64,000 nt of DNA from Octopus vulgaris (lineage: Eukaryota). Position numbers and translations under genes: made by a program. Under the pieces are notes generated by a model. The model was given only the letters and a program-made list of their open reading frames with translations, was not told where the DNA came from and did no database searches. Location of the stretch: contig OX597824.1 of the NCBI GenBank assembly GCA_951406725.2, positions 63,302,001 to 63,366,000 of the forward strand, in the 5' to 3' direction. Numbering within the stretch: the stretch's first letter is position 1; every line of letters begins with the position of its first letter. Shown here piece by piece: positions 1 through 12,529 of the stretch.

Positions 1-326
1 GGTGAAAAGTTTTTATACCTCACAGTTAAAGAAATTCTGAAGTAGGAAATGTTTCATTGGTTTTTCTGTGGCGTTAGTAACAGTGTTGGGTGTTTAGAAG
101 ACAGACGTGGGTGGAGAAGCAACGAATTAGAAAACAACCAAGGCGAAGTTCTTCAAATTCTTTGCCGTCTTGGCACTTTACATTCTGAGTTCAAATCTGG
201 TTGAAGCTAAAATATGCCTTACATCTATACAGGGTCGGTTAAATAAAGTACCTATCAAAATCTGGGAATGATGGTATCGGAAAAATTCTTCCCCTTAAAT
301 TGTTGGCCTCGGCCTAAAATATAATC

Positions 327-327
<1 letters not shown>

Positions 328-390
<63 letters not shown>
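328..390. repeat. (ATT)n microsatellite
   Basis: Perfect ATT run seen directly. Confidence 0.95.
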
Positions 391-392
<2 letters not shown>

Positions 393-854
393 GTGAGAGA
401 GCAGTGCATGCCATCAAAGTGACGCTGGAGTAAAATACACGAAGCCTAGAATACCCAGATGACTACCCGTCTGATAAGGGTACACCAGGCACATACATCA
501 CAACCATATGTGTGCGCAACATGGTGATCTCATATCAAGATAAACAGCGCATGATCTTGCACGTGGGGCCCAGTAAGAATTTTCTTCTGGTCCAGTAGCC
601 CATCCCGCTCAAAAGGTCCCTGAATAAGGTTTGCTCAAGGATGTTGAACGAAACACCCATGTTTCCAGAGGTGAATTATTCAAACCCCAAGGAATTCCTT
701 TCAACACATGGCTATGATGCTCCCGCACCACTTGTGCTCGTGATCATGAGATGCACATATCGTCAGCCACTAAGGGACATGCTGAACTGGTTAAGGCCAA
801 TCAACTGACAAGCAAATCTTTGGTATTGAGCAGAATATTTGCTGTTAGCCGATC

Positions 855-855
<1 letters not shown>
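391..855 (-). mobile_element. Unclassified non-autonomous retroelement/LINE 3' region embedded in (TAA)n
   Basis: About 465 bp of complex sequence flanked on both sides by (ATT)n. On the minus strand it ends ...gcactgctctctcactt(AAT)n, like a retroposon tail. Family not identified. Confidence 0.5.
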
Positions 856-856
<1 letters not shown>

Positions 857-902
<46 letters not shown>

Positions 903-940
903 GTTGTTGTTGTTGTTGTTGTCGTTGTTGTTGTTATTAC

Positions 941-1018
<78 letters not shown>

Positions 1019-1032
1019 CATCATCATCATCA

Positions 1033-1092
<60 letters not shown>
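857..1092. repeat. Compound (ATT)n/(GTT)n/(ATC)n microsatellite
   Basis: Seen directly; it explains the poly-L/Y/I ORFs. Confidence 0.95.
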
Positions 1093-1093
<1 letters not shown>

Positions 1094-1582
1094 GGCGGCA
1101 TGCTGGCAGAATAATTAGCGCGTTGGAGGAAATGCTTAGCGTTATTTCTCCTGTCGCTCTGCTCTGAGTTCAAAATCCACCGAGGTCAACTTTGCCTTTC
1201 ATCCTTTTGGGCTCGACAAATTAAGTGCCAGTTGAGTACTGGATTCGATGTAATCGACTGTCCCCTTCTCCAAATTTCAGGTCTTCTGTTTATAATACGA
1301 AGGATTAAATTTGTTCTTAGCGAGGTGCTGAACTGGCAGGATCATTATCGCGCCGGGGGAAAATGCTTAGCGGCATTACTGCTGTATTCACACTCTGCGT
1401 TCAAATTCCAACGTTGACTTTACCTTTCATCCTTTCGGGATCGATAAAATAAGTACCAGTTGAAGACTGGTGTCGATGTAATCGACTTAACCTCTACCCA
1501 AAAATGGCTGCACTTGTGGCAAAATTTGAAACCATTGTTATTATTATTATTTTCATTCTTCTTCTTCTTCTTCTTCTTCTTC

Positions 1583-1663
<81 letters not shown>

Positions 1664-2400
1664 CATCATTTCACTTGTACAAGCTAAAATATTTCGCATG
1701 TATTTTATATTGAGGACTAGCGAAACATGTCTCCTCAAACGCCGAAAATCTTTCTTGGGAATCTTCTTGAATATAAGATGGTACTTTTCTGCAGGTTGGC
1801 AATGCGAGTTTCAATTCCAGTTTCGTTCAGACTTTTAGGTAGAGTTTCGGGTGTTGTGCAAGTTACGCACTTGGTCGATATAATCGACTCACTCCTACCC
1901 CCAAATTTCAGGCCTTGTGCCTATATTAGAAAGGATTATAATTATTATTGTAGTTCTTATTGCTGTTGTTATTGCTAAGGTGGCGAGCTGGCAGAATCGT
2001 TACCGCGCCGAGCAAAATGCTTAGTGGCATTTCAACCGTCTTAATGTTCTGAGTTTGAATTCCGGTGGGATCAACTTTGCTTGTCGTCCTTTTGACGTTG
2101 ATAAAACAAGTACTATATGAGTACTGGGGTCAACGTAAACGATTCATCCACTCTCCCGTACTTGCTGTCCTTGTGAAAACAGTTGTAACCATTATTGTTG
2201 TTGCTGTTAAGGCAGTCAGCTGGCAGAATCGTTCACACGTCGGACAAAATGATTAGCGGCATTTTCTTCCGAGTTCAAATCCCTGAGTTCAAATTCCTCT
2301 CAAGTCAAGTTTTCCTTTCATCCTTTCTGGGTCGATAAAATGAAGTTTTAGTTAAGCGTCCGAATCGAAATTACTAGTCTTGTGTCAGAATTAGAAAGTA
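1093..2400 (+). mobile_element. Cluster of about 5 diverged copies of tRNA-derived SINE family A
   Basis: Repeated head aaggcggcgagctggcagaa..., B-box-like gagttcaaattcc, body gaggtcgactttgcctttcatcctttcggggtcgataaaataagtaccagtt. Copies at about 1093, 1320, 1790, 1977 and 2208, separated by (ATT)/(GTT) tails. Confidence 0.85.
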
Positions 2401-2498
2401 TTAATATCGTTGCTGTTGTTGTTGCTGTTGGTGACAAAAAAAGACAAAGAAAAAGCAATTCAGAAAGACAAGCGTGTTTTAAATACAACGTAATAAAA

Positions 2499-2571
2499 GA
2501 CAGACAGATGGACAGATAGACAGACAAACAGATAGATAGATGGATAAATATATATATATAGAGAGAGAGAG

Positions 2572-2649
<78 letters not shown>

Positions 2650-2663
2650 GGGGGAGAGAGAGA
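2499..2663. repeat. (GATA)n/(GACA)n/(GA)n microsatellite followed by a purine-rich low-complexity tract to about 3300
   Basis: Seen directly. Confidence 0.9.
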
Positions 2664-2903
2664 GATAAAGTTAGGCGGAAGAAAGGGAAGGAAGAAAGAA
2701 AAAGGAAAGAATGAATGAAATGGAAAGAAATGAGAGATAGAAAAGAGAATTAAAAATTATAAAGATATAAAACTACAAGGAAAGGGAGATAGGGATGACA
2801 GAATTAATGAATGAGTAAATGAATGAAGGAACGAACGAACGAACGAGGAAGTAAAAGAAAGCGGCAGAAAGAGAGAGAGAAAGAAATTGTACAATAAAGG
2901 AAG

Positions 2904-2960
<57 letters not shown>

Positions 2961-3820
2961 GAATAGAGAGATAAAGAGAGAGAGACAGGCAGAGAGAAGG
3001 GGGTAAGTAACGAGAGAGTGACAAGAAGATGAAAAAGTGAGAGTGAGAGAAAGCAAGTACGCAAGGAAAAAAATAATAAAAGAAACAAACAAACAAACAA
3101 GCAATTAAATAAAAATGAACAAATAGAAAGAAGAATGGAAGCAAGAAAAGATGCAGAAAAGAAAAATGGAGAAAGAAAGATAAAACAAATACACAAGAGA
3201 AAATAAGAGAAAAAGATTGAGAAGAATGAAAGAAAACTTGTGTGAAAGATATATCAGTGAAAAATATTAGTGAAAGAAAGAGAGTAAAAATATGATTGTG
3301 AAAATGAAAGTTGAGTAGGCGATGTAAAGATATGAACAAGAATTTTGTCATCTCAAGTTTGTTGTTGTTCAGAGAAGCAGTCACACATTGTAAAGCACTT
3401 GTATTATAGATCATATCCGTGGGTAGGGTTGTACCTAACATTGAAGTCATATGATACAGCATTAATTATAGTCGCAGGTTTGGTCGTGTTGTTAAAAAGT
3501 TAGATTGGGAATCCCATGACTCTTAGTTCGATCTCACGTCTGCATGCGAAATTTACCTTTAACGCTGCAAGCTTGTGATATATCGGTTAAACGGTGAGCA
3601 AGCAGGATCGACAGAATTGTCGGAAAAAATAGATTAAGGGATATATTCCGGCGGTTCATTTTCCGGGTGCAATATCCATTCGAGTTCTCCTCTGCATTTG
3701 GGGGGGGGGGTCCACGTTATCAACTAACTCGCCCTTAAAGTTTCCAGGCTTCAGTCAAAATTTCAAATTATTATTCATCCATTCATTCATTCATTTATTT
3801 ATTTATTCATTTTCAATCAA

Positions 3821-4220
3821 GGCGGCGAGCTGGCAGAAACGTTAGCACGCCGGGCGAAATGCGTAGCCGTATTTCGTTTGCCGTTACGTTCTGAGTTCAA
3901 ATTCCGCCGAGGTCGACTTTGCCTTTCATCCTTTCGGGATCGATAAACTAAGTACCAGTTACGCACTGGGGTCGATGTAATAGACTTAATCCGTTTGTCT
4001 GTCCTTGTTTGTCGACTGTGTTTAACCCCTTGTGGGTAGTAAAGAAATAGATATTTCGTCTACCGCTACATTCTGAGTTTAAATTCCGCCGAGATCGACT
4101 TTGCCTTTCATCCTTCTGGGGCCGATAAATTAAGTACCAGTTGCGTACTGGGGTCGATCTAATCGATTGGCCCCCTCCCTCAAAATTTCTGGCCTTATGC
4201 CTTGAGTAGAAAAGACTATT
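3821..4220 (+). mobile_element. SINE family A, best-preserved copy with duplicated body
   Basis: ggcggcgagctggcagaaacgttagcacgccgggcgaaatg...gagttcaaattccgccgaggtcgactttgcc; the body is repeated at about 4050-4220. Confidence 0.9.
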
Positions 4221-4263
4221 ATTATCATTGTTGTTGTTGTTGTTGTTATTGTTATTGTTATCA

Positions 4264-4960
4264 TGGTGGAGAGCTGGCAGAGGTGTTAGCATGCCGGGCA
4301 AAATGCTTATCGGTATTTGTCCGTCCTTACGTTCTGAGTTCATGTTCCGCCGAGGTCGACTTTGCCTTTCATTATTTCGGGGTCGATAAAATAAGTACTA
4401 GCTGAAAACTGGTGTCTATGTAATCGACAAGACCCCCTCCTTCAAATTTCTGGCCTTGTGCCTATAATAGAAAGGATTATTATTATCATTATCAAGGCGG
4501 CGAGCAAGGCAGAATCGTTAGCATGGCGTGCAAAATACTTAGCGGCATTTCGCCCGTCTTCCCGAGTTCAAATTTCGCCGAGGTCGACTTTGCCTTTCAT
4601 GCTTTCGAAATCGATAAAAATAAGTACTAGTTGAATACTGGGGTCTATATAATCGACTTGCCCCATCCTCCGAACTTGCTGGCCTCGAGCCAAACTTTGA
4701 ATCTATCATCCCCGTCAACATCTTTATCATCATAATCATCTTCATTCTAAGGCAGTGAATTGGAAGAATTGATTAGGGCGTTGGAAAAAATACTTTTAGG
4801 ACTTTCTTCTGCCTCTTTACATTCTGGGTTCAATTCCAGCTTATTTCATCTTTGCCTTTCGTCTTTCCGGGGCCGATAAAATAAGGTAACAGTCAATTAC
4901 TGAGGTATGTGATATCGACTAATACCTTCCCATCAAAACTACCAGATTTGAACTTAAATT
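4264..4960 (+). mobile_element. Three further tandem SINE family A copies (about 4264, 4495, 4749)
   Basis: Same head and body motifs as 3821-4220. Confidence 0.85.
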
Positions 4961-5604
4961 ACAAAAAATTGAAATTAATTACAAAAGGAAGCTTTGCTGC
5001 GGTAAGCAGCTAATCTCGCAATCATCTGATCATTGTTTCGATCCCACTGCGCTGTGTCTTGACTTTAATATCTCCTACCAAAATCTTTTATCTTCTTTTA
5101 CTTGTTTCAGTCATTTGACTGCGGCCATGCAGGTGCACAGCTTGGAATTGTTTTAAACTCAAAGTTTGTGAATGGAAATGGTGAAATGGACTGTGTGCCG
5201 TATTCTAGAAAATGGATTGTACAAGTTGTTGGCTGAGAGATTTTAACTGTCACATTGTATAAAATCTCTATAAAAACCACCTAGCAATGTAGTTCCTTAC
5301 AGACTGCCATGGGTATTCAGTCCTGAAAAGCTATAGGATATGATTACCGGGTCTACGACCAGAGATCAGGTAAGCTTATATCAACGGCAGGCGGGAAAAC
5401 GTTGCCCTTCATATAAAATATAAAAGTTACTGCATATTCCCAAGGGTAGGCAGACAATGAAATGTATTCAAGAGAAGGTGATGGTGGCACTGGGAGGGAA
5501 GGGGAGGGTAAATACATAGATGACATAATTTAGATAACCTCAACCTACGAATTCCGTTCACAGCGCTATTACATTTCAGATAAGCACGAACATATATACA
5601 CACA

Positions 5605-5690
<86 letters not shown>

Positions 5691-5859
5691 CATAAATAAA
5701 TATATATATATATGTATATATGTATATGTGTGTATGTCTAGATCTATATACACATATACAAAGACATACATATATATGTGCATATGCATATATATATATA
5801 TATATATATATTTACATATATGATATGAGATGTTTCTCTGTGAGAGTGTGTGTGTCTGT

Positions 5860-6070
5860 CTTTCTATGTCTGACACTATCCCACCATCTATTAACAACCA
5901 GCGTCGATGTGTTTACGTCCCCGTAACTTGGCGGTTCGGCAAAAGAGAACGATGGGATAAGTACCAGGCATAAAAAGAAAATAGGTACTGGGGTCGATTA
6001 ATTCGACTAAAATTCCTCAAAGCGGTGCCCCTGCATGGCCGCAGTCCAGTGACTGAAACAATAAAATATA
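5860..6070 (+). mobile_element. SINE family B, 3' half
   Basis: gtgtttacgtccccgtaacttggcggttcggcaaaag...ggggtcgatt...gcatggccgcagtcc...gactgaaac matches the 3' half of 58876-59306. Confidence 0.8.
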
Positions 6071-6081
6071 AACGATAAAAG

Positions 6082-6144
<63 letters not shown>

Positions 6145-6661
6145 CATATATATGTATGTATGTATGCATCTTGAAAACAAGATGTATATACATCTATACA
6201 CTGCATGTAACTTGTATCATTTTTATATAAACTTCAGCGGGAATAAATGTATAAATTTGCTGTTCACCTACAGTAATTGATTACCTGCAGTTTAAAGGTT
6301 TCAAAAGCTTGAAACCAAATTGATCCAGGAAATTTCAACCTCTAAAAGTAAAAATGTTTACTTTCACTCCTAAATACACACACACATATACACAGAATCA
6401 CTCACGCATTCACAAATACATACACACACATGCATGCATATATATGTATGTACATAGATGCGTGAGTAAATATATATATACAAATATATATATATATATA
6501 TATATAGTTCAAATTTATAGAAAAACGAAGACGATATAGGTGATGGAATGACAAGCAATTATAAAAGTTTGACACTCTATGTATATAGATATATATGTAT
6601 ATATATGAGTATATATATAGATATATATGTATATATATGAATATATATATATATATAGATT

Positions 6662-6709
<48 letters not shown>

Positions 6710-7752
6710 CATAGATAGAGAGATAGATAGATAGATAGATAGTCTATATGTTCAAGTACATATGTGTAAGTAAGTGCTAGTAAGTATTTATGCATATGTA
6801 TATAAAATATTATTGTACATATGCATATTTATACAATCGTATTGCACAACAGTATTACAATTGCATAACAAATTCTGAATTAAATTGAATGTATTCAGCC
6901 TGCTACATGTTATAACGTCTACACTATGCATATATAATATATAAAAACATGTGTTTGTGTGTACGTGTGTATGTGCGTGCGTGTGTATTTGTATATGTGT
7001 AAGCGTTTACGTTTGTGTTAGTGTGTTTGTGTGTGTGAGAAAGTGTGTGTGTGTGTGAAAAGAAAAGAAATATGTAGTGCCGCCGACTTTACATGAGAAC
7101 ATATCCGCCTACTCAAGGATCGCGTCTGTACCAGGTGTTGGGGGCGATTATCGCGTCAGCTATCTATTTGCGGTTTTCGTTTTTGAGATTATCGTTACTA
7201 CAATTACTGTAATATTCGAGGTCAAACAAATTGTTCTTGTCTAACTCCCGTTAGTCTTGATCGTATAAAACTATGACCCATGCCTGAATCAGGCACCTAC
7301 TACAAAAGCAGCCTTCCGGCAGATAAAGCGTTTTATTTGTATGAGGAAAATGCTTTATCTGCTGGAAGACAGAATGAACTACTATACTTTGAAATACAGT
7401 GTTTTATTTTCAAGCTGTAGCGTGATAGAAGATAGAAAAAGGCTATTTATGACAGGTAGTGACAAATATATACATTTAGATTGAGTCATAAAGGTCATTA
7501 TTATGAGATGATTATAAGAAGTTAATAATAATAATAAAGTAAGAGACCAAAACGGACAAATTGGTTTCCGCGTGGGCTATTCATCGTTTGAACAACACCG
7601 GTTAATAAACGGTGTCAGGTCTAATAGTTCCTGAGAAAAGAGATCATTTGTAAGGGAGGTAACTAGTTCTGGATTATAGGTAAGGGAGGTAAGTAGTTCT
7701 GGAATTCAAGATGTGAGTCTTGTAGAAAGTGTATAGGGTTTAAATTGAAGAG

Positions 7753-8170
7753 TTAGAGGTGTTCTGTATTGAGTTGTGTGTTCATATTTAGTTGGGGGAG
7801 AAATTTGTTGATGAAAAATGACTCTTTATTCAACCTTTGTTGCATTGTGGTGTTCTGTGAGCATTGATAAAAGGGAAATATTTGGAAATTGGGATTAAGA
7901 TTCCTGGCACATCTTTCTATGTGTTCACTCACCTTTAACTGTCTGTATTGTGGGTGACGGATTTGCTCTTTGTGAATGGTGATTCTTTGACGGAGCGAAA
8001 TTCCTGTTTGTCCAATATATAGTTTACCACATCCTATGCATGTCATGACATAGATTACATTTGCTGAGGCGCAGGTGAAATTTGATTTGATCTTAAATAT
8101 TTCTCCTTGTTTGAATTGGAATTCTGAACCCTCCAGAAGGTGGGGGCATGTTCCACAGTTAGCCTTTTTC
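7753..8170 (-). pseudogene. Penelope-like element, GIY-YIG endonuclease fragment (5'-truncated)
   Basis: Open frame KKANCGTCPHLLEGSEFQFKQGEIFKIKSNFTCASANVIYVMTCIGCGKLYIGQTGISLRQRITIHKEQI...RLNKESFFINKFLPQLN. It has CxxC + (V)IY...YIG + R + E + LN, the typical PLE GIY-YIG motifs. The probable 3' pLTR extends to about 7080. Confidence 0.9.
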
Positions 8171-8227
8171 TATCTACAATATGCATTTTCGTTGATTTTT
8201 CATATTTTACCCCTATATATATCTATA

Positions 8228-8271
<44 letters not shown>

Positions 8272-9059
8272 ATTTTGGGCTGAGTAGACGGATTATGGAT
8301 TTTAGGGGAGTGGTGTAAAAGGATTTTGGTGAGTTATAAATTGTTCCAGAGATTGATGAGTCAAGGAGCTCCTTAATTTTGATAATTTTTTGAGCCAATG
8401 ATTTGGTACTGCGTGGGAGAGTATCAGCTTTCAACTCCTGGGGCTAATGCGTAGAGTACTGTTTTCTATTCTTTCTAGTTTGTTATTGCTGTTGCCATTT
8501 AGCCCTTGGTCAGGATAGATTTATGATCAAAACATTAATCATGTCCATCCGTCATTTCTAAAGATATGTTGCACTATTTTAAAGATTGCTTTTGTTTTTA
8601 ATTGGAGCGATAAGTAAAACGTGGATTAAAAGAAACTTGATTGTTATTTCTGGCATGCCAAATGACAACATAATTACTCCTTAGTCCTGGTATTATCCAT
8701 GGCAGATGAAATATATTACTTCTGCACTGATATTGTTTATTTAAGTGTCGGCCATATTTAAAGCCTATGCGTCTTATTTACTTCTCTTTGCAACTTTGAG
8801 TCTATTTGTCTGGAGCCAACGACATCCAGAAAACTAAAACATCAACTACTCGAAAAATACACAGATTTACCATCATAAAAATCATAAACAGCAATAGGAA
8901 CAAAAAGAACAAAAATCATCACAAGCAACAACACTCATTTATAAACGAAATATCATAAGACCTTAAAAAAAAACAGACAAAAACTTTGGCTGTGATCTAT
9001 CACTATGTTGCCAAGCCAATATAGAATACAATAGCAACACTACCGAAATCTAATTTCCG

Positions 9060-9175
9060 AAGTGCAGTACTGCGAGGATCCGTCTTGTCATTCGTTCTTT
9101 TTAATTTATATACCTAGACGACGTTCTCACAACCTCACCAGCATTTCTACAGTCATTAACGACATCAAAGATGTT
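9060..9175 (+). pseudogene. Degenerate non-LTR reverse-transcriptase remnant
   Basis: Translates as SAVLRGSVLSFVLFNL/IYLDDVL...NDIK, resembling the RT motif GVPQGSVLSPLLFNIYINDL...ADDxK; frameshifted. Confidence 0.5.
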
Positions 9176-9459
9176 GGGGGTCTAAGCTGTCGTTCAATTT
9201 CCTAGAAACAGCAATCGAATCGATCTCGAATCATTCACGTTTGTCTTGCAAACAGGTCATATTCGATAACGTGGTTCTAAATCCGCCCGATGTGTCGCTA
9301 AAACCAAGACCTGGTACTAGACGGTTGCACATGTGTGTGTGCGTGTGTATGTATGTGTGCATGTGTGTGCGTGTGTGTGTGTGTATGTGAGTGTGGTTCC
9401 TGTTAGTGGAGGTGAATGATTTAAAATTTATCACTACCAATAGTGAAAATAGTGATGTT

Positions 9460-10110
9460 GATGATGATGATGTTGAGGTGTTGTTGTTGATGGTGGTGGT
9501 GGTACTGGTGCTGGTGGTGCTGGTGCTAGTGGTGGTGTGTGTGTGTGTGTGTGGAAGTTGTGGTGGTAGTGGTGATGGTTGTGGTGGTGGTGGTGGTGGT
9601 GGTGGTGGTGGTGGTGGTGGTGGTGGTGGTGGTGTAATAGTGATGCTGGTGATACTGATGATGATGTTGGTCAAGGTGTTGTTATTGGTGGTGGTGGTGG
9701 TGGTGGTAGTATTGGTGGTGATGGTGGTGATGATGGTGTTGTTATTGGTGGTGGTAGTGATGATGGTTGTGGTAGTGAGGATGATGGTGGTAGTGGTGGT
9801 AGTGGTGCTGATGGTGGAGATGTTGGTGGGGGTAATAGTGATGCTGGTGATGGTAATGATGTTAATGGTGGTGGTGGTGGTGGTAGTGGTGGTGGTGGTG
9901 GTGGTGGTGGTGGTGGTGGTGGTGGTGGTGGTGGTGGTGGTGGTTGTGGTTGTGGTGGTGGTGGTGGTGGTAATAGTGATGCTGGTGATGGTGATGCTGT
10001 TGTTAATAGTGATGATGGTGCCGGTGTCGGAAGTGATGGTAGAGGGTATTAGAAAGGTTACTATTGTTGTTGATGTTGATGATATTGATATTGTTGTTAT
10101 TGTTGTGGTG
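9460..10110. repeat. (GGT)n/(GAT)n/(GTT)n compound trinucleotide tract
   Basis: Seen directly; source of the poly-V/G/W ORFs. Confidence 0.9.
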
Positions 10111-10544
10111 TTGGCATCGATGTTATGAGTTTACGAAGCAAAATACGTAGGAGTGAAAGTTGGCTGCAGCAGTCGATTGATATGATAAGCACAGACACAC
10201 ATACACAAACACACACACACACACATACACTAACATACACACACAAGTGCTTGCATACACATAGAGACACACAACCACACTCATAGCTATTTACATATAT
10301 AAATCCACATCAACATATATACATATTCATCAACAGATAGACGCAACAGAAGCATCCTGAATAACAAAACAATGTAAGAAACAAAAGCAGTACTACTAGT
10401 AATATTTGGACCGTCATCATAATCATAACAAACATCAACGTAGTCAGTAAAATCGTCTCACCTTCCTCCCAGTAATTAGCAACGGCATAAACGTCGATTA
10501 TAGCAACAGCAACAACTGTATTAATAGTGACAATAGTAATAATG

Positions 10545-10629
10545 AGAAGAAGAAGAAGAAGAAGAAGAAGAAGAAGAAGAAGAAGAAGAAGAAGAAGAAG
10601 AAGAAGAAGAAGAAGAAGAAGAAGAAGAA
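10545..10629. repeat. (AAG)n microsatellite
   Basis: Seen directly. Confidence 0.95.
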
Positions 10630-10673
10630 AGATATCTTTACTAAGGCTTGCAAGTAGATCGAGGATGTTAGAA

Positions 10674-10975
10674 GACGATACAAGACGATACAGGACGATA
10701 TTGTATGATACTGGACGATACAGGACGATACAGAGCGATACATGACGATACTGGACGATACAGGACGATACAGGATGATACTGAACGATACAGGACAATA
10801 CAAGACGATACAGGACGTTGCAGGACGATATTGAATGATACAGGACGATATTGGATGATTCTTGACGAAAATGGACGATACAGGACGATGCTGGAAGATA
10901 CAGACAGAACGGCCCGGACAATACAGGACGATATTGGAAGATACAGAGCGATACCGGAGGGTAGAGGACGATACA
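10674..10975. repeat. 10-bp-unit minisatellite (GACGATACAG/GACGATACTG), about 30 units
   Basis: Periodic gacgataca/gacgatact; gives the same 10-aa peptide repeat in several frames. Confidence 0.9.
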
Positions 10976-11749
10976 ATGCGGAGTTACATGGAGGATTGTA
11001 AGGCGTAAAACATCAAACAACCAACGAAACAATAATTTCAAACAGGGAAAAATGATCCCTAAGTGGGAAGACTTTCGAGATGTGCTCGTGGAAACCCCAA
11101 AAAACCTATTATCTCTCTGACAACTGGGAGAAATGTTCACTCCATATTCTCTTCCTTCAATCTACAAGCGCTTGCTCAGAGTAAGTCTGTTTATTCATAC
11201 CATCCTTGCCACTCACACCAGATTTTCAACAACTTTCTTTGGAGGCATTACTTTCCTCTCAACCTTCATTTTCCTTTTCACGTAAAACTTGAAAAAACTG
11301 ATGATAACTTGGACAAAGAGCAAGGAATCTGTTTTCAACCTTTTAATCTGCTCGACAGATGAAACTACCAGATATATAATCACTGTCTGTTTTCCTCAGC
11401 TAAAGGAAGTCGGCGGGTCGATCTCCTCAATGGACGCAGCTGATAACCGGGTACGTCCTACACATGATAGCATATGATAGACGTAATCCTTTACATCAGC
11501 AATGTTCGGCCACTGAACGAGTGCGAATAAAACAGTTTTGTGACTTTACACTGCCAATCCAGTAAAGTTTATCTCAAACCTGAAATTCATACTGGAAGCA
11601 GGCCATGGATTTTTGGAAAGCCAGATGATTCTTGTCGGCTTATAGGGTTTCCCTGACAACATCATCGCTGTTTCCCGCCTATACAACTTTTACAGGACAC
11701 CGAAGTGTTACTTCCACCGACCGCATAGCACAACTGGCAGAGGGTCATA

Positions 11750-12075
11750 AGCGTCTGATTGTTGCAGTTAAGTCACGTTTCATCGATTGATGTTGCACTT
11801 TTTAGGACGCTTTCATCTTTCAAACGATCATAGAACATTTCTACACTAACTGATTCTCTTCTCTCTGTTCATTTGACGCCGCAGAAGTTTTGCGACAACA
11901 TGATTCCTCCATGAATTTTTTTTTAAATCTTGTGGTATGAACTTTTACTCTTGGTTTCCTCATCGAAACTTCCCGAAGAATTAGATGACGATTTTCATTG
12001 GTAAATGCACAAAATTTTGTCCGGTAGTCGCCGTCTGTTTTCATAATATGGTTTTGAAACTTGGGACCACTTTCT
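11750..12075 (-). pseudogene. Highly degenerate mariner transposase fragment
   Basis: Pieces ENRHLILREVS..., SKSSYHKI and ...DRLKDESVLKSATSIDET* resemble the mariner HTH and ITGDETW region, with frameshifts. Confidence 0.55.
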
Positions 12076-12529
12076 GGAGTTGTTTTTCCTTATTTTAAAT
12101 ATTGATAACTATTGACATTAAATAATACTCAATCTGTTCAGTACATGGCGTTGTTGCTACATTACAGAAGCATCTATAAAAAGGTTTTATTACTATTAAA
12201 CAGATTTTCACTCAAACATTTCAACTCTTCCAAAATACTTCATTGTTCAATTTGAAGCAAATCGCCAAGTAGATTATGTATGCGTTCGTTCTATTTTGTG
12301 GAGATTGCTATCTAACTGATGTGATATAAGAGGTTAACTTTTCTTCCAATCCCATCAGTGACGATAACAAAAAGAACAATACAAGTACTGGTGTCAACTT
12401 GATCAACCAAACTACTTTTGCTAAATTTCAAACCTTCTGCGTATTTTAGAAACAATTATTTGACTAAAAATGAAGGTTAGGTCAAAAGGGTTTTCGTACT
12501 TTGAACTTTAATTAATAGTTCAAACAAAT

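Noticed and set aside
7553-7592. Hammerhead in the 3' region of the first Penelope fragment (minus, cgatga...ggaaacc)
   Set aside because: The core is incomplete and the stems do not pair convincingly.
10310-11140. 276-aa ORF with IVLYRPVSSC repeats as a repeat protein
   Set aside because: Produced by the 10-bp minisatellite plus (CTT)n; the same peptide appears in other frames.
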